From Dudresnaya verticillata (Eukaryota), in NCBI GenBank assembly GCA_977862235.1, contig OZ374564.1, positions 434,001 through 498,000 of the forward strand: a DNA stretch of 64,000 nt. Direction: 5' to 3'. The translations under genes were made by a program, and so were the position numbers. Of this stretch, positions 32,401 through 44,403 are shown one piece after another; position 1 is the first letter of the stretch, and each line of letters begins with the position of its first letter. Below the pieces are notes generated by a model. It was not told the origin of the DNA. It saw only the letters and a program-made list of their open reading frames with translations, and did not search any database.

Positions 32401-33850
32401 ATGACCTGTCCCACGTCTGCGTTGCGCCCGCCGGCCATAGACCCGGCCGGTCCGCCCACTAAAGGAAACCTGTAGTTTTGATTGGAAACAACACACAAGT
32501 TTTTGAGTTGTTACTATGTAGTCATTAAAAAAAAGAAAAAGACGTCTGCGCGTCGCGCCATGCCTGCGCATTAGAGAGCAATGAAATGAAAAAAAAATAG
32601 AGATAAACTTACCCTATGGTGGACACTATGGCGTCCACCTTTGCCGTCTTGCCCCTGCGGAATGAGCCGTAGAGACGCTCGCCAGCGTCCCTAGACTTTT
32701 CTTTAAAGTCGGAAGTCAGAAAGTCTCGGGCGATGATATGGGCCTCGACGCCGGTGATAAAGACGGGGATGGGGATGAGCTGAGCCTCTTCGAAAAAGTC
32801 GATAAGCTGCGGGATGTAGGCGAGATTGGACACGACGTGCTTGCGGTAGAGCAAGATGGCAACTCTGCTCCACGCCCTCCTGGCGGGGTACTTGCGAATG
32901 TACCAGTCGATATACTCTCGCGGGTGCTCAAAGTAGTAGTTGGGTCTCGACGGGTGGACCAGGCCGACGTTGGGGACCTGCACAACCTCTTGCACAGGTG
33001 CGTCGTGGCGGCCCTGAACGACCTGCGTGGCGATGTAGTGCAGCATAGCGACGACATTGTCCGTACCACCGGCGTTCCAGTACGCGTACACGGAGAGCCA
33101 GTGGCGCAGGTCACGGGCGGTGTTGCCGGGGACGAGGCGCAGCAACTTTGGAGCGGTCTTGAGCAGGGCGAGATAGCCGGCGAGCTTGTCCTCCTCGCGC
33201 GCGAGCAGACGCAGCTTGCGCAGGGCGGAGCGCACGACGGGCGGGACGGAGGGCTTGCGTGGGGCATTGCCCAAGTCGGACGACGACGGCGCAGCCATGG
33301 TGAATGAGCCCACGCGGGTCTCCGACATGAGCTCCAGCGCAGACTCGAAGACAAAGACCGTGGCGCGCGGCGGCAGCTGCGCGCGCAGCCACTCGACCTG
33401 GTCATAGTCGAAGACCAGGCTGCAGAAGACCACGTCCGCAGCGCGCAGCGCGGCCGACACGACGGCGTCGCGCGCGGCCAGCTGCACGTCCGTCAGCACC
33501 GACACGCGCACGGCGGCGGCGGTGGCGGCTCCGCGCGACGCGCGCTGCTCCGCGGCCGCGGCCGCGGCCTTGTACGTGGACAGGTTGAAGGTCTCGAAGC
33601 CGCAGATGAGCACGATGTGGATGGCGGGGCGCGGCGGCGGCGGCGTTGAGGGCGGCGGGGCGCGCGCGGCGCGGCGCGGCGACTGCGGCTGCGGCTGCGG
33701 TGGGGGGGTGAGACGCGCGCGCGTTGCGCGCGCGGCGCGCGGCGCGGGCGCGGCGGCGGGGCGCGCGCGCGCGGTGGCAAAGCGCGAGATGCGCAGCGCG
33801 GGGGGCGCGATGCGGCGCGGCGCGCGCGCGGACGGGGCGAACGAGGCCAT
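29460..33850 (-). CDS. chlH: Magnesium chelatase subunit H, second (BchH/CHLH2-like) type, plastid transit peptide, three exons (1366 aa)
   Basis: Exons 33850-32613, 32469-29737 and 29589-29460; both introns GTAAG...CAG. Splicing rebuilds VSTIG/FPLVGGPAG and PEAFR/NCLSRFLEAAGRGIW. Also YSLPELDGAI, HVGTHGTYEWLPG, NNPSEG, LPTGSNIHALDP, LWGLDNIKT, RTRLLNPKW. Confidence 0.93.
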
Positions 33851-34740
33851 GGCTGGCGCGGGATGGGGGGTGGGGCGCGCGGGCGCTCCAAGTCGAAGTG
33901 GCAGCGGCAGTAGAGTATGTAGAGGTCTGGCGCGCGCGATGCGAGGCGAGGCGAGGCGAATGCGATGCGAGGCGATGTTTGTGGCTGGCGCGGGCGCGGC
34001 GGCGGCCGTACGAGGCGCGGCGGGCGGTCCGGGCGCGGGCGCGGAAGAAATGGGGCGGATCTCTGCGCGGGCGCGCGGCAAAACGTGCGGTTGGTTGACG
34101 ATGCGTCTACGGCGTGATCGGGTAGATTTGGAGATACATATGTGGATACGGTAGATACCTTCATCGCGGATCACCGCGGAGAGGCGCGCGGTCGCGCGAC
34201 GGCGGGGCGCGGCGCGGCTGCCTTCTGCGCCGGCGTTGCAGCGTTTAAAGTGTGTAGATACAGTATGACACAGTTACAGTACGCATCGGAGCGGTGGATC
34301 GAAACAGGCGCGGACTGCAGATACTGCGCGCCGGGAAGGGAGCGGACGCGGTGCGCGCGCGGCATTGCCTTGCGCGCCACAATACACTGCGCGTGCGCCG
34401 CGACCGTAGCGTTGCTAGCGCCGTCGGGCGCGTCCGTGTGGCTTGGCGCAAGCGGGCGTCGCACGCGGGCAGGGCCGCGCGTGCGGCGGGGCCGCAGGCA
34501 AGGTTGCGGCGCGGACGCGGCTGGCAGACTTTGGGCGCGCGGACTTTGGGGCGCGCGCGCGGGGGCTGCACGGGTGCAGTGCTGCGGTGGTGATGGGCGC
34601 CTGGGGGTGTCAGCGGGGCGCTTGGTCGGCGTGGGGCGCGTTGGCGTGCTGGCAAAGAGGCGGAGTTTGGGAGTGGTGGCGGTGGCACCTTGCGACGGTT
34701 TGTGGCTGTAATGCGGGTGTAAGGGTGGCGGGGGCGGCGC

Positions 34741-34803
34741 GGGTGGAACGGGGCGCGCGGGTGGAACGGGGCGGGTGGAACGGGGCGGGTGGAACGGGGC
34801 GGG
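34741..34803. repeat. 14-bp G-rich tandem repeat x4
   Basis: GGGTGGAACGGGGC repeated four times. Confidence 0.85.
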
Positions 34804-35652
34804 AGAAGAAATCACACACGCACACATTCCAAGGTGAAGAAGATGTTTGGGTGGCGAGCGTCATTACACCATTAGCGCGTGACTACGGACAGACGTCGGT
34901 CCGGTCGCTCGGCCTCAGCGCTCCAGCGCTGGAAGAGTTTGTTCGCGCCGCAACGTGTGGTCGCGCGGCTGTTGCGCTGCCGATCAGACGCGCGATCACG
35001 CGCTCGCGCCGGGATGTTTGTGCTGCGGACTGCGTGCACAACTGCAAAAAGCGCACAGACGTGCGGCCGCCGCGCCTCCGCGCCACCGCATCGCGCGCCG
35101 AGGCGTGGAAGGCGCGGCGCGAGATGGCGCGTGCGGCGCGCGCCGCCAACGCGCGCCGCGCGCGTTCCACAAGCCGCCGCTCGGCTGCGCCGGCGCAGCC
35201 GCGGAGCTGCGTCGCCCCCATCCCACCGCGCCTCGATCCTCCGCCCTCCGCACGCCCCCGCGGCGTTTACAGAACGCCGCGCGCAGCCGCGTGGAACACA
35301 GCTCCCGCCGCCCTGAGACCGCGCGTCGTGCGTCGTGTCAGTCACTGCTGAAGCGCAACGGCGCGCGTCACTGGCGCATTCCCACTCGTGAGACCATCTC
35401 CCGCCGCGCTCGCGCTCGCGCTCGCGCGCGGCCGCGCGGCGTGCCACTCCTCGCCATTGGCGACTGCGCGTCTGCGCGCGGGCAAGCCGTGCGCGCCGCA
35501 CGGAAAAGACGCGCGCGCACGCACGCCGCCGCATCGCCCCGGCACCCGCCATCGCCCCCGCGCAGCAGTTTGTCGGCGCGCGCACCCCCGTCCCGCCCGC
35601 ACCCCGCGCGCACCCCGCCCGCCCCCCCGCGCGCACCCGCCCAAACATCCCC

Positions 35653-35896
35653 ATGCCGCCGCCGCACCCGCGCGTCGTGCCGGAGGGCACGTGCGTCACC
35701 ACCACAGCCGCCGCCGCCGCCGCGTCCCGCCCCCGCGCGTGGTCGCCGTCGCCGTCGCTGTCGCCGTCGCCGCCGCCGCGCACGCCGCCCCGGTCGTACC
35801 CGTCGCTCAGCCCGGTGTCGTCCGCCGCGTCGTCGTCGTCGTCGTCGCCGCCGCCGTCGTCCTCCTCGTCCGCCGCGGCCGCCGTTGCCGCCGCCG

Positions 35897-35954
<58 letters not shown>

Positions 35955-37281
35955 GCCGCCGCGCCGCGCGCGCCGCCTGCCGCACGCCCCGGTCTTCATC
36001 GCGCACCGCGCGTGCATCGCGCGCCCGCCGTCGCCGTCGCCGTCGCCGTCGCCATCGCCGCGCGCGCGCGCCATGCCGCCGTCCGCGTTTGCCGCGCCGG
36101 TCGCGCCGCCGCTGCTGGCGCCGCCGCCGCCGCCGCCGCTGCTGGACCCGGTCGTCACGCTGATCGACGCGGGGTCGGACGCCGCGTCCACGGCCCCGGA
36201 CGACGACTGGCTGCCGCCGCGCCAGCCGCACCGCGTGTACGACTTTGACGACGACTTTCCGTCCATCGCGGCCAGCGAGAGCACGCACCCCAAGTCGCGC
36301 GCGGCTGCGCGCCGCCGCGACAACAATAACCCCACCAATAACACCAATAACAACACCAACCAAAACAACGCGTCATCATCGTCGTCGCCGCCGCCGCCGC
36401 CGCAGCCGCAGCCGCACGCCGCCCCGTCGCTGCGCGCAGCCGCCGCAGCCGCCGCAGCCGCAGCCGCAGCCGCCGCAGCCGCCGACGACGCCGCCACAAT
36501 CGCCTCGGTCGCCGCGTCGTGCCGCCTGCACCTGACCCCGGCAAATCTCGACGTGCTGGACGTCTCGCACGGCGCGCTGCCTCGCAGCGACCGCGACCGC
36601 GACGGCAAGCGCCTGTACGCCTTCAGCGACGACTTTGCGTCCATCCCGGGCTCCGACTCGACCGCGGCGCGCAACACCAGCGTGGGCCTGTCGCCGGTGC
36701 TGCCGCCGCCGCTGCCGCCGCCGGGCTGCCCCATGCCGCCGCGCGCGCTCTACGCAGACCGCGGCAGCGACGACGAGCCCGACTTTGGCCGCCCGTTTGC
36801 AAGCTCGTTTGGCACCGGCGAGCGCACCTCGTTTGCTGACAGCTTCAAGAGGCGCATCAGCCTGCACCAGCTGCGCCCCCGCATACTGCATGCGCCCGCC
36901 GCGGATGAGCCGCGCAGCTTTCAGCGCATGAGCCTGAGAGGGCGCGTTGGGCGCGAGAGGCGTGATTTGGAGGACTCCATCGTCAAGGACTGGAAGCAGA
37001 GCGCAAAGCTCAATCGCAGTGCGAGCATGAGCATCACGTCGGAGAATCCAAATGGATGTGCCAGCTTTATTGCAAAGCTGATGAAGAAGGAAAAGGCGGA
37101 AAAGGACGCGCGCCCGAGGTTTGATGCGCGCCATGAGAGCCAGAGATGCTCGGCCATGATGGATGATCGCAAGGTGGACGACGTGCAGTTTATTAGCATC
37201 CTCGCCTACGATGAGTTTATGCATAGCCCCAACCGGCCCAGCGCTGTGGCCAAGGTGTTTTCGAGACTCAGGCGCGCGTAG
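35653..37281 (+). CDS. Hypothetical low-complexity (poly-Ala/Pro/Ser/Asn) protein with an ordered-looking C-terminal region (542 aa)
   Basis: Long ORF with GC3 bias, normal composition in the last ~200 aa, followed by a GT-rich 3' UTR. No family recognised and the start codon is uncertain. Confidence 0.7.
35878..35952 (+). repeat. (GCC)n tract encoding poly-Ala
   Basis: About 25 mostly GCC codons in a row. Confidence 0.85.
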
Positions 37282-37688
37282 AAGCGAGTTTTGCGAACCG
37301 CACGGTGCCTTGGCGCTGTAGAATGATAGGGGACGGTGGGGGTGTGTGTGTGTGTGTGACGGATGGATGGACGGGAATAGTATGGAAGAAGATGTGAATG
37401 TTTGTGTGTATGTGCTTGTTACTTTTATTTCTTGTTGCTTAGAGCAGATGATGTGATGACGATGAAGAGGGGGGTTGTTGTTTGACGGCCGAGATGTGCA
37501 TTTTGTCGCGCGTGGGGGGGGCGCTGGATCGGTCAAAGGACGGACGGATCACGATGTGCGGCTGTCCGGGAATTCTCTCTCAAATAAATCGATGCGATGC
37601 GTTCGTTCAGCTTGCGCCTCATGCGCCAAACTCGCGAGCCATCAACGCAAAACAGACTCTCTCTCTCTCTACCGAGTTGCAAAACAAA

Positions 37689-40010
37689 TCAATTCTTGAG
37701 CATGTCGTTGGGCTTCCTCTTAAACAGCCGCTTCATAACATTCCACGGCCGCCGGTTCTTCGCCACAGGCAACGAGTTGGCGTCCGTAATAAAATCAATC
37801 CACGGGTCCGCCGCCATGGACACCCGGTCCAGCGCCCCGCTCAGCAGGCTGCTTCTCCGGTTCACAGCCTCGGCGTGCCGCTCCCTCCGCTCGGCCCGCT
37901 GCTTCTCCTTCTCCGCACGCGCCACCGCCGCCTTCCCACCAAACAGCCGCTTCTTGTTCCGGTACCGCTGCTTGCTGCTGCCCCCGCCCGCGTTCAGCTC
38001 CGCCCCGTCCGCATCCAGCGCCTCGTCCTCGTCCGACAGCAGCCTCACCCGACGCCCCGGCAGGTTCTCAGCGTCCAAGTACTCGTCGTAACGCTTCTTA
38101 AACATGTCCTGCCGCTCGTTCCGTCGCGCCACAACCACCGCCATCCCGCGCCCGTCCGCCACGCTTCTCCCGCCCCCGTTCCCACCATCCGCCCCGTCGT
38201 CCGACAGCACGTCCACGTCCACAAGACTCACCTGCCCGGCAAGCAGTTCCCTCGGGTTGGAGTATTCGCGTACCAGTCGTCGCACCCCGGGCTCATCCAT
38301 CGACATCGCCGCCCTCGCCGACCCCTCGTCGGCCTCACCCGCCATTGCGTCAGACCCCACCCCGACATCCACGCTGGCGCTGTGTGAATGTCCCGCAGCA
38401 CGCCGCCGCGCAATCACCACCTTCGCCTTCGGCAGCCGCTTCAGCGACCCTTGTGCCCGCTCAAACCCGGCCCCGGGCCGCACCGCGTCCGCTGCCGTGT
38501 AAGCGCTATTCCCACCGCTGCCGCTTTTGCCGCCACTGGGCGTCGCCGCCAAAGCAGAGTACGGCTGCAGCGTGTCCGTTACTGCCGCGCGCGCCTGTAC
38601 GCCTTCCGGCGTGGCTGCCGACACCGAGTATGGTCGCACACGGTCCGGCGCCCCGCCCGCTGGCGACGCCACAGCCGCGCTGTAGGGCCGCCGCCGCCGA
38701 GCCGACGATGATAGCGACGTTACCGACCCACCCGTCCGGTTCGACGGGAACGCACGCGTTGGCATTGATGTAGGAAGTTCCTCGCGCGCGCTTTGGAAGG
38801 AGGTTTCGGATTCGTCCAAGTTGGTGATGGCCTCGATGGACGGGCCCGTTCTCCCTGAGGACGTCAGTCGACTGACGTTGGCACTCCTCTGCGATGAGAG
38901 GTAGCTGCTATCTTGCGAGGAGGAGGTTGGGCCGGACGGCGGTGAGAGAGAGGTGCCGACGTCGATGATGGGTGCGTTGCGATAGCCATCCAGTTCGGAC
39001 GGACTGGAGCCCGATCCGAGAAATTCGGACACATTGGTGGAGCGAGCTGGTGGTACGACCATGTCATCGTCATCGAGCTCCTCGACAGTTTGAGCACGTC
39101 GAAAAGTCGCGTTTTCACCGGAGGAACCCGGGTTGGAGGTGCTTGAACTATCCACATCCTGGCTGTCAAAGTCGTCCACCCGCTCCACACCTTCGATGTT
39201 GTCCAAGTCGTCATCGCTAAGCTCCACGATGGGCTCGATCGGATCGAGGTCGCTCGTCGAGCCCGTTCCGTCCAAATAGGTGCTACTTCCCAGGTACGAG
39301 CTCTGCACGGCGCTGGGAGGGGCGCTTCTGGAGAGCGGTGACAATGACTGTGGTGACGTTTGTGGACGATGTCGGGAGGACATCTGCCCGTCTGGTGATT
39401 GAATGGGTGGTTGACTCTCTTGTTCTTCAAGGCGGGCAACCGCCATTTCGACCGAAGATCTTTGTGTTGACACTTGCATTGCCTTCTTGTTATCTGGCTT
39501 CACCGCAGACACACTGGCCATATTGGCGTGCATGGGAGGGAAGCTACGTTCCGCTGAGGTCGTCTCGCCACCACTTGAGACATGACTCGCCGTCGCATGC
39601 TGTGCTTCGCCGATGGCCTTCCCCTCGGGCGGCCTTGCTGCCGCGACGGAAGCAGGCACGGAAGTAAGTACCGGAGCTGGGGGGAACTGCGCCGCATCAA
39701 CTCCGCGGGGGCTATCCGAGAGCGTGGCGGGGTCATCGGGGTGGTGCTCGTCGCCATCAGGCCCTTGGTGCTCTTCCGGGACGCGTTGTTTCTGCAGCTT
39801 CACCGCGGCCTCGAGCCTCTCTCGCAGCTGCCTGACGCGCGCGGCGGTGGCGGGGGTGACGTCTTCGAGCGCGGAGACGGCGCGCGGGGCCACGGGGTCT
39901 GCGGCGGCGGTGGCGGTGGCGGCGGCGGCGGCCTCGTAGCGTGCGGCGAGGTCCTTGACGTGCATCTTCGACAGCGGGCGTCGCAGGTGGCGGGGGGTTG
40001 GCGCCGGCAT
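37689..40010 (-). CDS. Hypothetical Ser-rich disordered protein with terminal coiled-coil/basic segments (773 aa)
   Basis: Long uninterrupted ORF extending through moderate-GC sequence; GCCATG start context; HVKDLAARYE and RVRQLRERLE helices; basic C-terminal helix VMKRLFKRK. Confidence 0.75.
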   Translation of the reverse strand: MPAPTPRHLRRPLSKMHVKDLAARYEAAAAATATAAADPVAPRAVSALEDVTPATAARVRQLRERLEAAVKLQKQRVPEEHQGPDGDEHHPDDPATLSDSPRGVDAAQFPPAPVLTSVPASVAAARPPEGKAIGEAQHATASHVSSGGETTSAERSFPPMHANMASVSAVKPDNKKAMQVSTQRSSVEMAVARLEEQESQPPIQSPDGQMSSRHRPQTSPQSLSPLSRSAPPSAVQSSYLGSSTYLDGTGSTSDLDPIEPIVELSDDDLDNIEGVERVDDFDSQDVDSSSTSNPGSSGENATFRRAQTVEELDDDDMVVPPARSTNVSEFLGSGSSPSELDGYRNAPIIDVGTSLSPPSGPTSSSQDSSYLSSQRSANVSRLTSSGRTGPSIEAITNLDESETSFQSAREELPTSMPTRAFPSNRTGGSVTSLSSSARRRRPYSAAVASPAGGAPDRVRPYSVSAATPEGVQARAAVTDTLQPYSALAATPSGGKSGSGGNSAYTAADAVRPGAGFERAQGSLKRLPKAKVVIARRRAAGHSHSASVDVGVGSDAMAGEADEGSARAAMSMDEPGVRRLVREYSNPRELLAGQVSLVDVDVLSDDGADGGNGGGRSVADGRGMAVVVARRNERQDMFKKRYDEYLDAENLPGRRVRLLSDEDEALDADGAELNAGGGSSKQRYRNKKRLFGGKAAVARAEKEKQRAERRERHAEAVNRRSSLLSGALDRVSMAADPWIDFITDANSLPVAKNRRPWNVMKRLFKRKPNDMLKN

Positions 40011-41691
40011 GGCGACGCGGGGTGTGCGTGCGGGGGAGGGGGCTGGTGTTGTTCGCGGGCGGCGGGGTGCTCGGGGGCGGTGGCCCGCGGTCTCCGGGCG
40101 AGACGGGCGGACGCGGGGCGGCGGGACGCAGCGATCCGTTCTGATGGGCACTGCTCCACGTGGCGCGCAAATTCAAACGATTAGGTGCTACGCGCGATAT
40201 AAGCGCTTGAAAAACGGGGCACGTGACAATTTTTGCGCCGCGAGCCGCGGAAGGCCTTTTCGGCACCGGCGCGCTCTGTGTCGGCTCCCGCCCCGACCGA
40301 ACGACTGTAACTATTGCCCTCAAAGACTGCTCTTCTTTGCGCGTCATGTCGGAATCTCGCCATCATTCATGAGCTTCCGTCCAGCCGGTGATCGTTCGAT
40401 GCGAGCAGCATACGAGCCGTACCTGACCCGTGCCTGCAGAGTTAAATTATTACAGACCCACATGGAAGGCTACTACCTTCCCTCCCGCGCCCATCTGCCC
40501 GTGGCTTTGCAATAACCGTTACCCGAAATCGATACCAACTTTACCTCGTCCTGTGATAATTCCAGGTCCAACCATGAACGCGTCTGCAGTGCGGGTCCAC
40601 GTGAGAATATTGGATGGCGTAATCATCCGCTTCGCTTCTTGAGACGGGACATTTTCTCGACGAGTCTTATTGCTACCCCAAAAGCCTCGCATCTTCAGTG
40701 CAAATTCTCTCGCTCTCCGGCTCACTCTCGCGTCATTATCTTGACCGAGCACGAACGTCAATCCATCCGTCAGAAAACAGCAACGAGGCGGGGGGGTAGG
40801 GCATTTATGAGTGTCTTGTTCAAAAGCTCTCGATGCTGTCCCTTATCATGAGGTTGCAGGTTGCAAACAGTATCACCGGGACGGAGAGGAATTGCGCTTG
40901 ACGTGGGGGATTGAAAACGTCATTGTTCACCATCATGCAAGCGTGTGCAGCCGAGTGCTTCAGCAGAATCGAAATAGAATGGCTAGCTTTACAATGGTCG
41001 CGGAAGATTAAGATTATGCAAACACCATCATCTTGCGCTCCTTCGGGAAGGGCAATTTGGGAACTTCAAGAGAGCATGCGCATAAGACGGCGGCGTACCG
41101 ATCTGTGTATCGATCTCAATCTGTGTCACGTCGCATTGCGTCTCGCCCTTGTCGCACGCACCGTGCTTTCTGTCTTGGTCGTATCTTGTAATGGTAGCGA
41201 GCACGAGTTACCGTCCGCGCGTTGCCATTCTGCCCAACCGCCGTGTTGAAATGCTTGACCATAGTGTTGCCCCACTTTTTCCATTACCCGCGCCGACGTT
41301 GCAGTACGAACCCCGGCTTAATCCTTCTTGCACCGCTGCATTTGTCGTATGATCCATCACAAGTTTCTAAATTCTTCTCAATAAACATACATGCACACCA
41401 TAAACCAATACATATTCAGCACACAACGACTCAGCAGATGTTCAAGTGTCTCGCCCAAGCATATCAGCAAGGAGATGACAATCAGACAAGAGTACGATTC
41501 AAAGCAGAAGCGTTAAGTATGCCCTCTTGTACCCATGCTCTTCTGAGGAATCAGCCCTGAAGGAGCACTAGTACTCCTCCTGTAGCAACGCCGCAGCGGT
41601 TTTCGCCGTCACAACGACAAGGACTAAATCTCCAGACTCGAAACCCCTGTTACTGCCTGTAGGGAACCCCAGAGAGTTGTCCTTTTCGATC

Positions 41692-42257
41692 TTTGTCGAC
41701 TCGGGTGCTGGTGACACGGTCAGCTGGTTTATTCCATATCCAGAGGCAAAGGAGCATTGCGCGTGGCGAATAAAAGACATCGACAGGGCGCAATTGGCTT
41801 TTGACTTCAGCACTGACGTCAACCCCCGCCCCTGGCTTGGAACTCGAGGCGGAACAACAGGTCCAGTGCCTATTTGGGGAGTGTCTGGGTTGGCCCGCTT
41901 CCAAAAGCTTCGGCTTTTGGCAGTGGATGCGGCCCCAGATGCCATAGTGCCTGCCTTGTGTAAGAGGCAGCCATCAGCGGACCCGTGGAGAGACGGGTAA
42001 TTGGGGTCGGGGGCGGCGCTGGGTCCGTTTATGACGGGTTGTGCATTCTCTGGAACGTGCTGGAGCGAGTTCCTTGGGGAGGAGGCAGATTAGAGGACGA
42101 GGGATTGATCCCGCGACGAAAGGCGAGCGGTGCGCAAGATTCCGGGCCTTCGGGCACAAAACCAGTCCTAGCGCAGGCAGCGTCCACACCAATGATTCCG
42201 CGGGGTTCTAGAGTGGTGGTGGGGTGGTGGGACGAAGACTTGTCTGTCCGAGTGTTT
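41692..42257 (+). pseudogene. Decayed copy of the 3' part of the downstream cyclin gene
   Basis: Aligns by eye with 45411-45984 (WFIPYPEA.EHCAWRIKDI..AQLAFDF; SGLARFQKLRLLAVD.APDA.VPALCKRQ..DPWRDG). Has +1 and +2 insertions, a TAC>TAA stop at 41998-42000 and further indels. Confidence 0.85.
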
Positions 42258-42869
42258 GCGGATGAGTGGCACCATGATTTTCACAAATTGAGCCTCTATC
42301 TGTTCGGTCGAGTTTGGCTGTCGCGTCGCGGAAGGCGCATGAGCATCACGTTGGCAAGGCATGATCGGCCGACAAGTATGTCGCAAGACAGCAACTGCAG
42401 GATGGCGGTAGGTAGCCTTCGGGGGATCGTTGCAGAGGGTGCGCACAAACAAAGCAGTCCTGCGCAGTAGGCGGTTAGGACTGGGGTGGGCAAGATGGTG
42501 GCCGGCGAAGCGACGGGGATGAGCGGCGCAAGCCCTCTCTCCTCCACATCTCCCTCTGTCTCAATGGGGCGGGCGAGCAGGCGCTGGCGCGAGCGCAGCG
42601 GCTCGTCGCTCAGAGGCAGGCGACAAGCGCGACGGCGGGGGCTGGCGGCGCGGCGGCGCGGCACACGCGGGCGGTAGGGCGGCGGCGGCGGGGCGGCGCA
42701 CGAGAATGGGGCAGCATGATATGGGCGCGGCGGGGTGGAGGGTACAGGGCGCGGAAGGGAGCGGAAGGGCCGTGGAGGGTGGGACCAACCCCCGAGGTGG
42801 CTGGGTGACGCTGCCTGGCGTGGACGGCACGGATTGGCTTGTATTTATTCTGCAGCGCGGACGCGGACG

Positions 42870-42900
<31 letters not shown>

Positions 42901-44353
42901 GTCGGTGTCGGTGTTGGTGTCGGGTGTGCGTGGGGCGTGTTCGTGTTCGTCGTCAAGCCGGGTGGGCGTCAAGCAACGGACACCGATGTTCGTCGTCAAG
43001 CCGGGTGGCCGTTGCGGGGGGCGCGTACCGCGGAGCGCAGCGCGGCGGGCTGCGCTTGGCGGCGCGGCAACGGACGGGGTGGTTGGCGACTGCGGGGGGG
43101 TGTCTGTTTGGAAAGGAAACAATTACGTTGGTGCGGCGCGTGTGGGCGTCGTGTCGCGGGGAATGCGCGCGGCGGAAGCGCGTCGGAAGAGCGGCGAGAT
43201 TTGCGGCGCAGGGCATATCTGCGAGGCGCCGGTTGGGCAGCGCGTGAGATATTCGCGCGCGGCCATTTTTCCATTTTTGCGGAGCACTCCGAATTGCGCC
43301 GGCGGTGTGCGCCGGCGGTGACAGCGCACGGCGCCGCGCTCGGCACGGCACCGCAATTCGACTGCGGCCGGCGCCGCCTCCGGCGCCGCGGCCGCCGCTG
43401 GCGGCACCGCCGCTGCACTCGCGCCCGCATCTGACTGTTGCCCTCCCTCTCCCGGCGCGTCGGACCGCGTTGTCGGAGCCCCCGCCGCCGACGCTGCGCC
43501 CGCGCCAGTCTCGGTCGGTCCGCGTGCGCCCGCGTCGCCCCGGCGGTCAGCGGCGCAATTCGAACGCACGCGGCGCGGCAGTCGGTGCGGCGCACAGCCA
43601 CGCAACCGGCGGCGAAGCAACCGCGCCGCGCGCGCTGCGCATTGGGCCGCGCGCGCGCACGCCGAATCCGACGCCGTCTGCGCGCGCGACACGCGTCCCG
43701 TCGCGCGCGTGTCAGCCGCCGTCGCCGCCCAAATCCGCCGCCAACCGCCAATTCCCCGCCGTTCCGTTATTCCACCGCGCGCCTATTTCACGCTCCGCCC
43801 GCGCGCCTCGACCGGCCCCTCGCCCCACCCCGCCCGAGCCCGCCAGCCCCGCCCCGCCCTCGCCCCCGCCCACCCGCCTCGCCGTCGAGCCGCCCCCGCC
43901 GGAGCCGCCGACGCGCACCCCCTCCGCCCCTGCTGCACGCGTTCCGCCCACACCCTCCCGCCGGGCCGCTTGCGAAGCCTGCTTGCGCTCTCTCGCACTA
44001 AGCTTGCCACCTTCCTCGCGAGCCCGCAAGCTGCCCGCTTCCGCCGCCGCCGCCGCCGTCGCCGCCGACGCCGCCGCCGACGCCACCGCCGCCGCCGCCG
44101 CCGCCGCCTCCACCGCCGCCGCCACCGCTCTCGCCTCGTCTTGAGTCCCCACTGCGCGTGCAGAGCCCCGAGTCCCGCTCCCGAGTGTCGCACACCGCAA
44201 GTTCGCGTGCCCCTACGCCCAAGTCACCCGTAACCCTAGCGCCGCCGTGAGAACCACTCCGGCCGCGCCACACCCCACCCCACCCGCACATCATATGTCT
44301 ACCTAGCCCCGCGCGAGCACGCGCCTCCCCGCATTAGCGGGAGTCCCACCTTG

Positions 44354-44401
44354 GAGAGAGAGAGAGTTGAAGAGAGAGAGAGCGAGAGAGAGAGAGAGAG
44401 A
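44354..44401. repeat. Interrupted (GA)n microsatellite in the cyclin 5' region
   Basis: Seen directly. Confidence 0.9.
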
Positions 44402-44403
44402 CT

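Noticed and set aside
34872..36734. 620-aa minus-strand ORF and other overlapping Arg-rich ORFs
   Set aside because: Mirror of the GCC/CCG-rich plus-strand gene and of the GC island
42561..44294. Multiple overlapping ORFs of 130-280 aa
   Set aside because: GC-island artefacts upstream of the cyclin, with no coding signature
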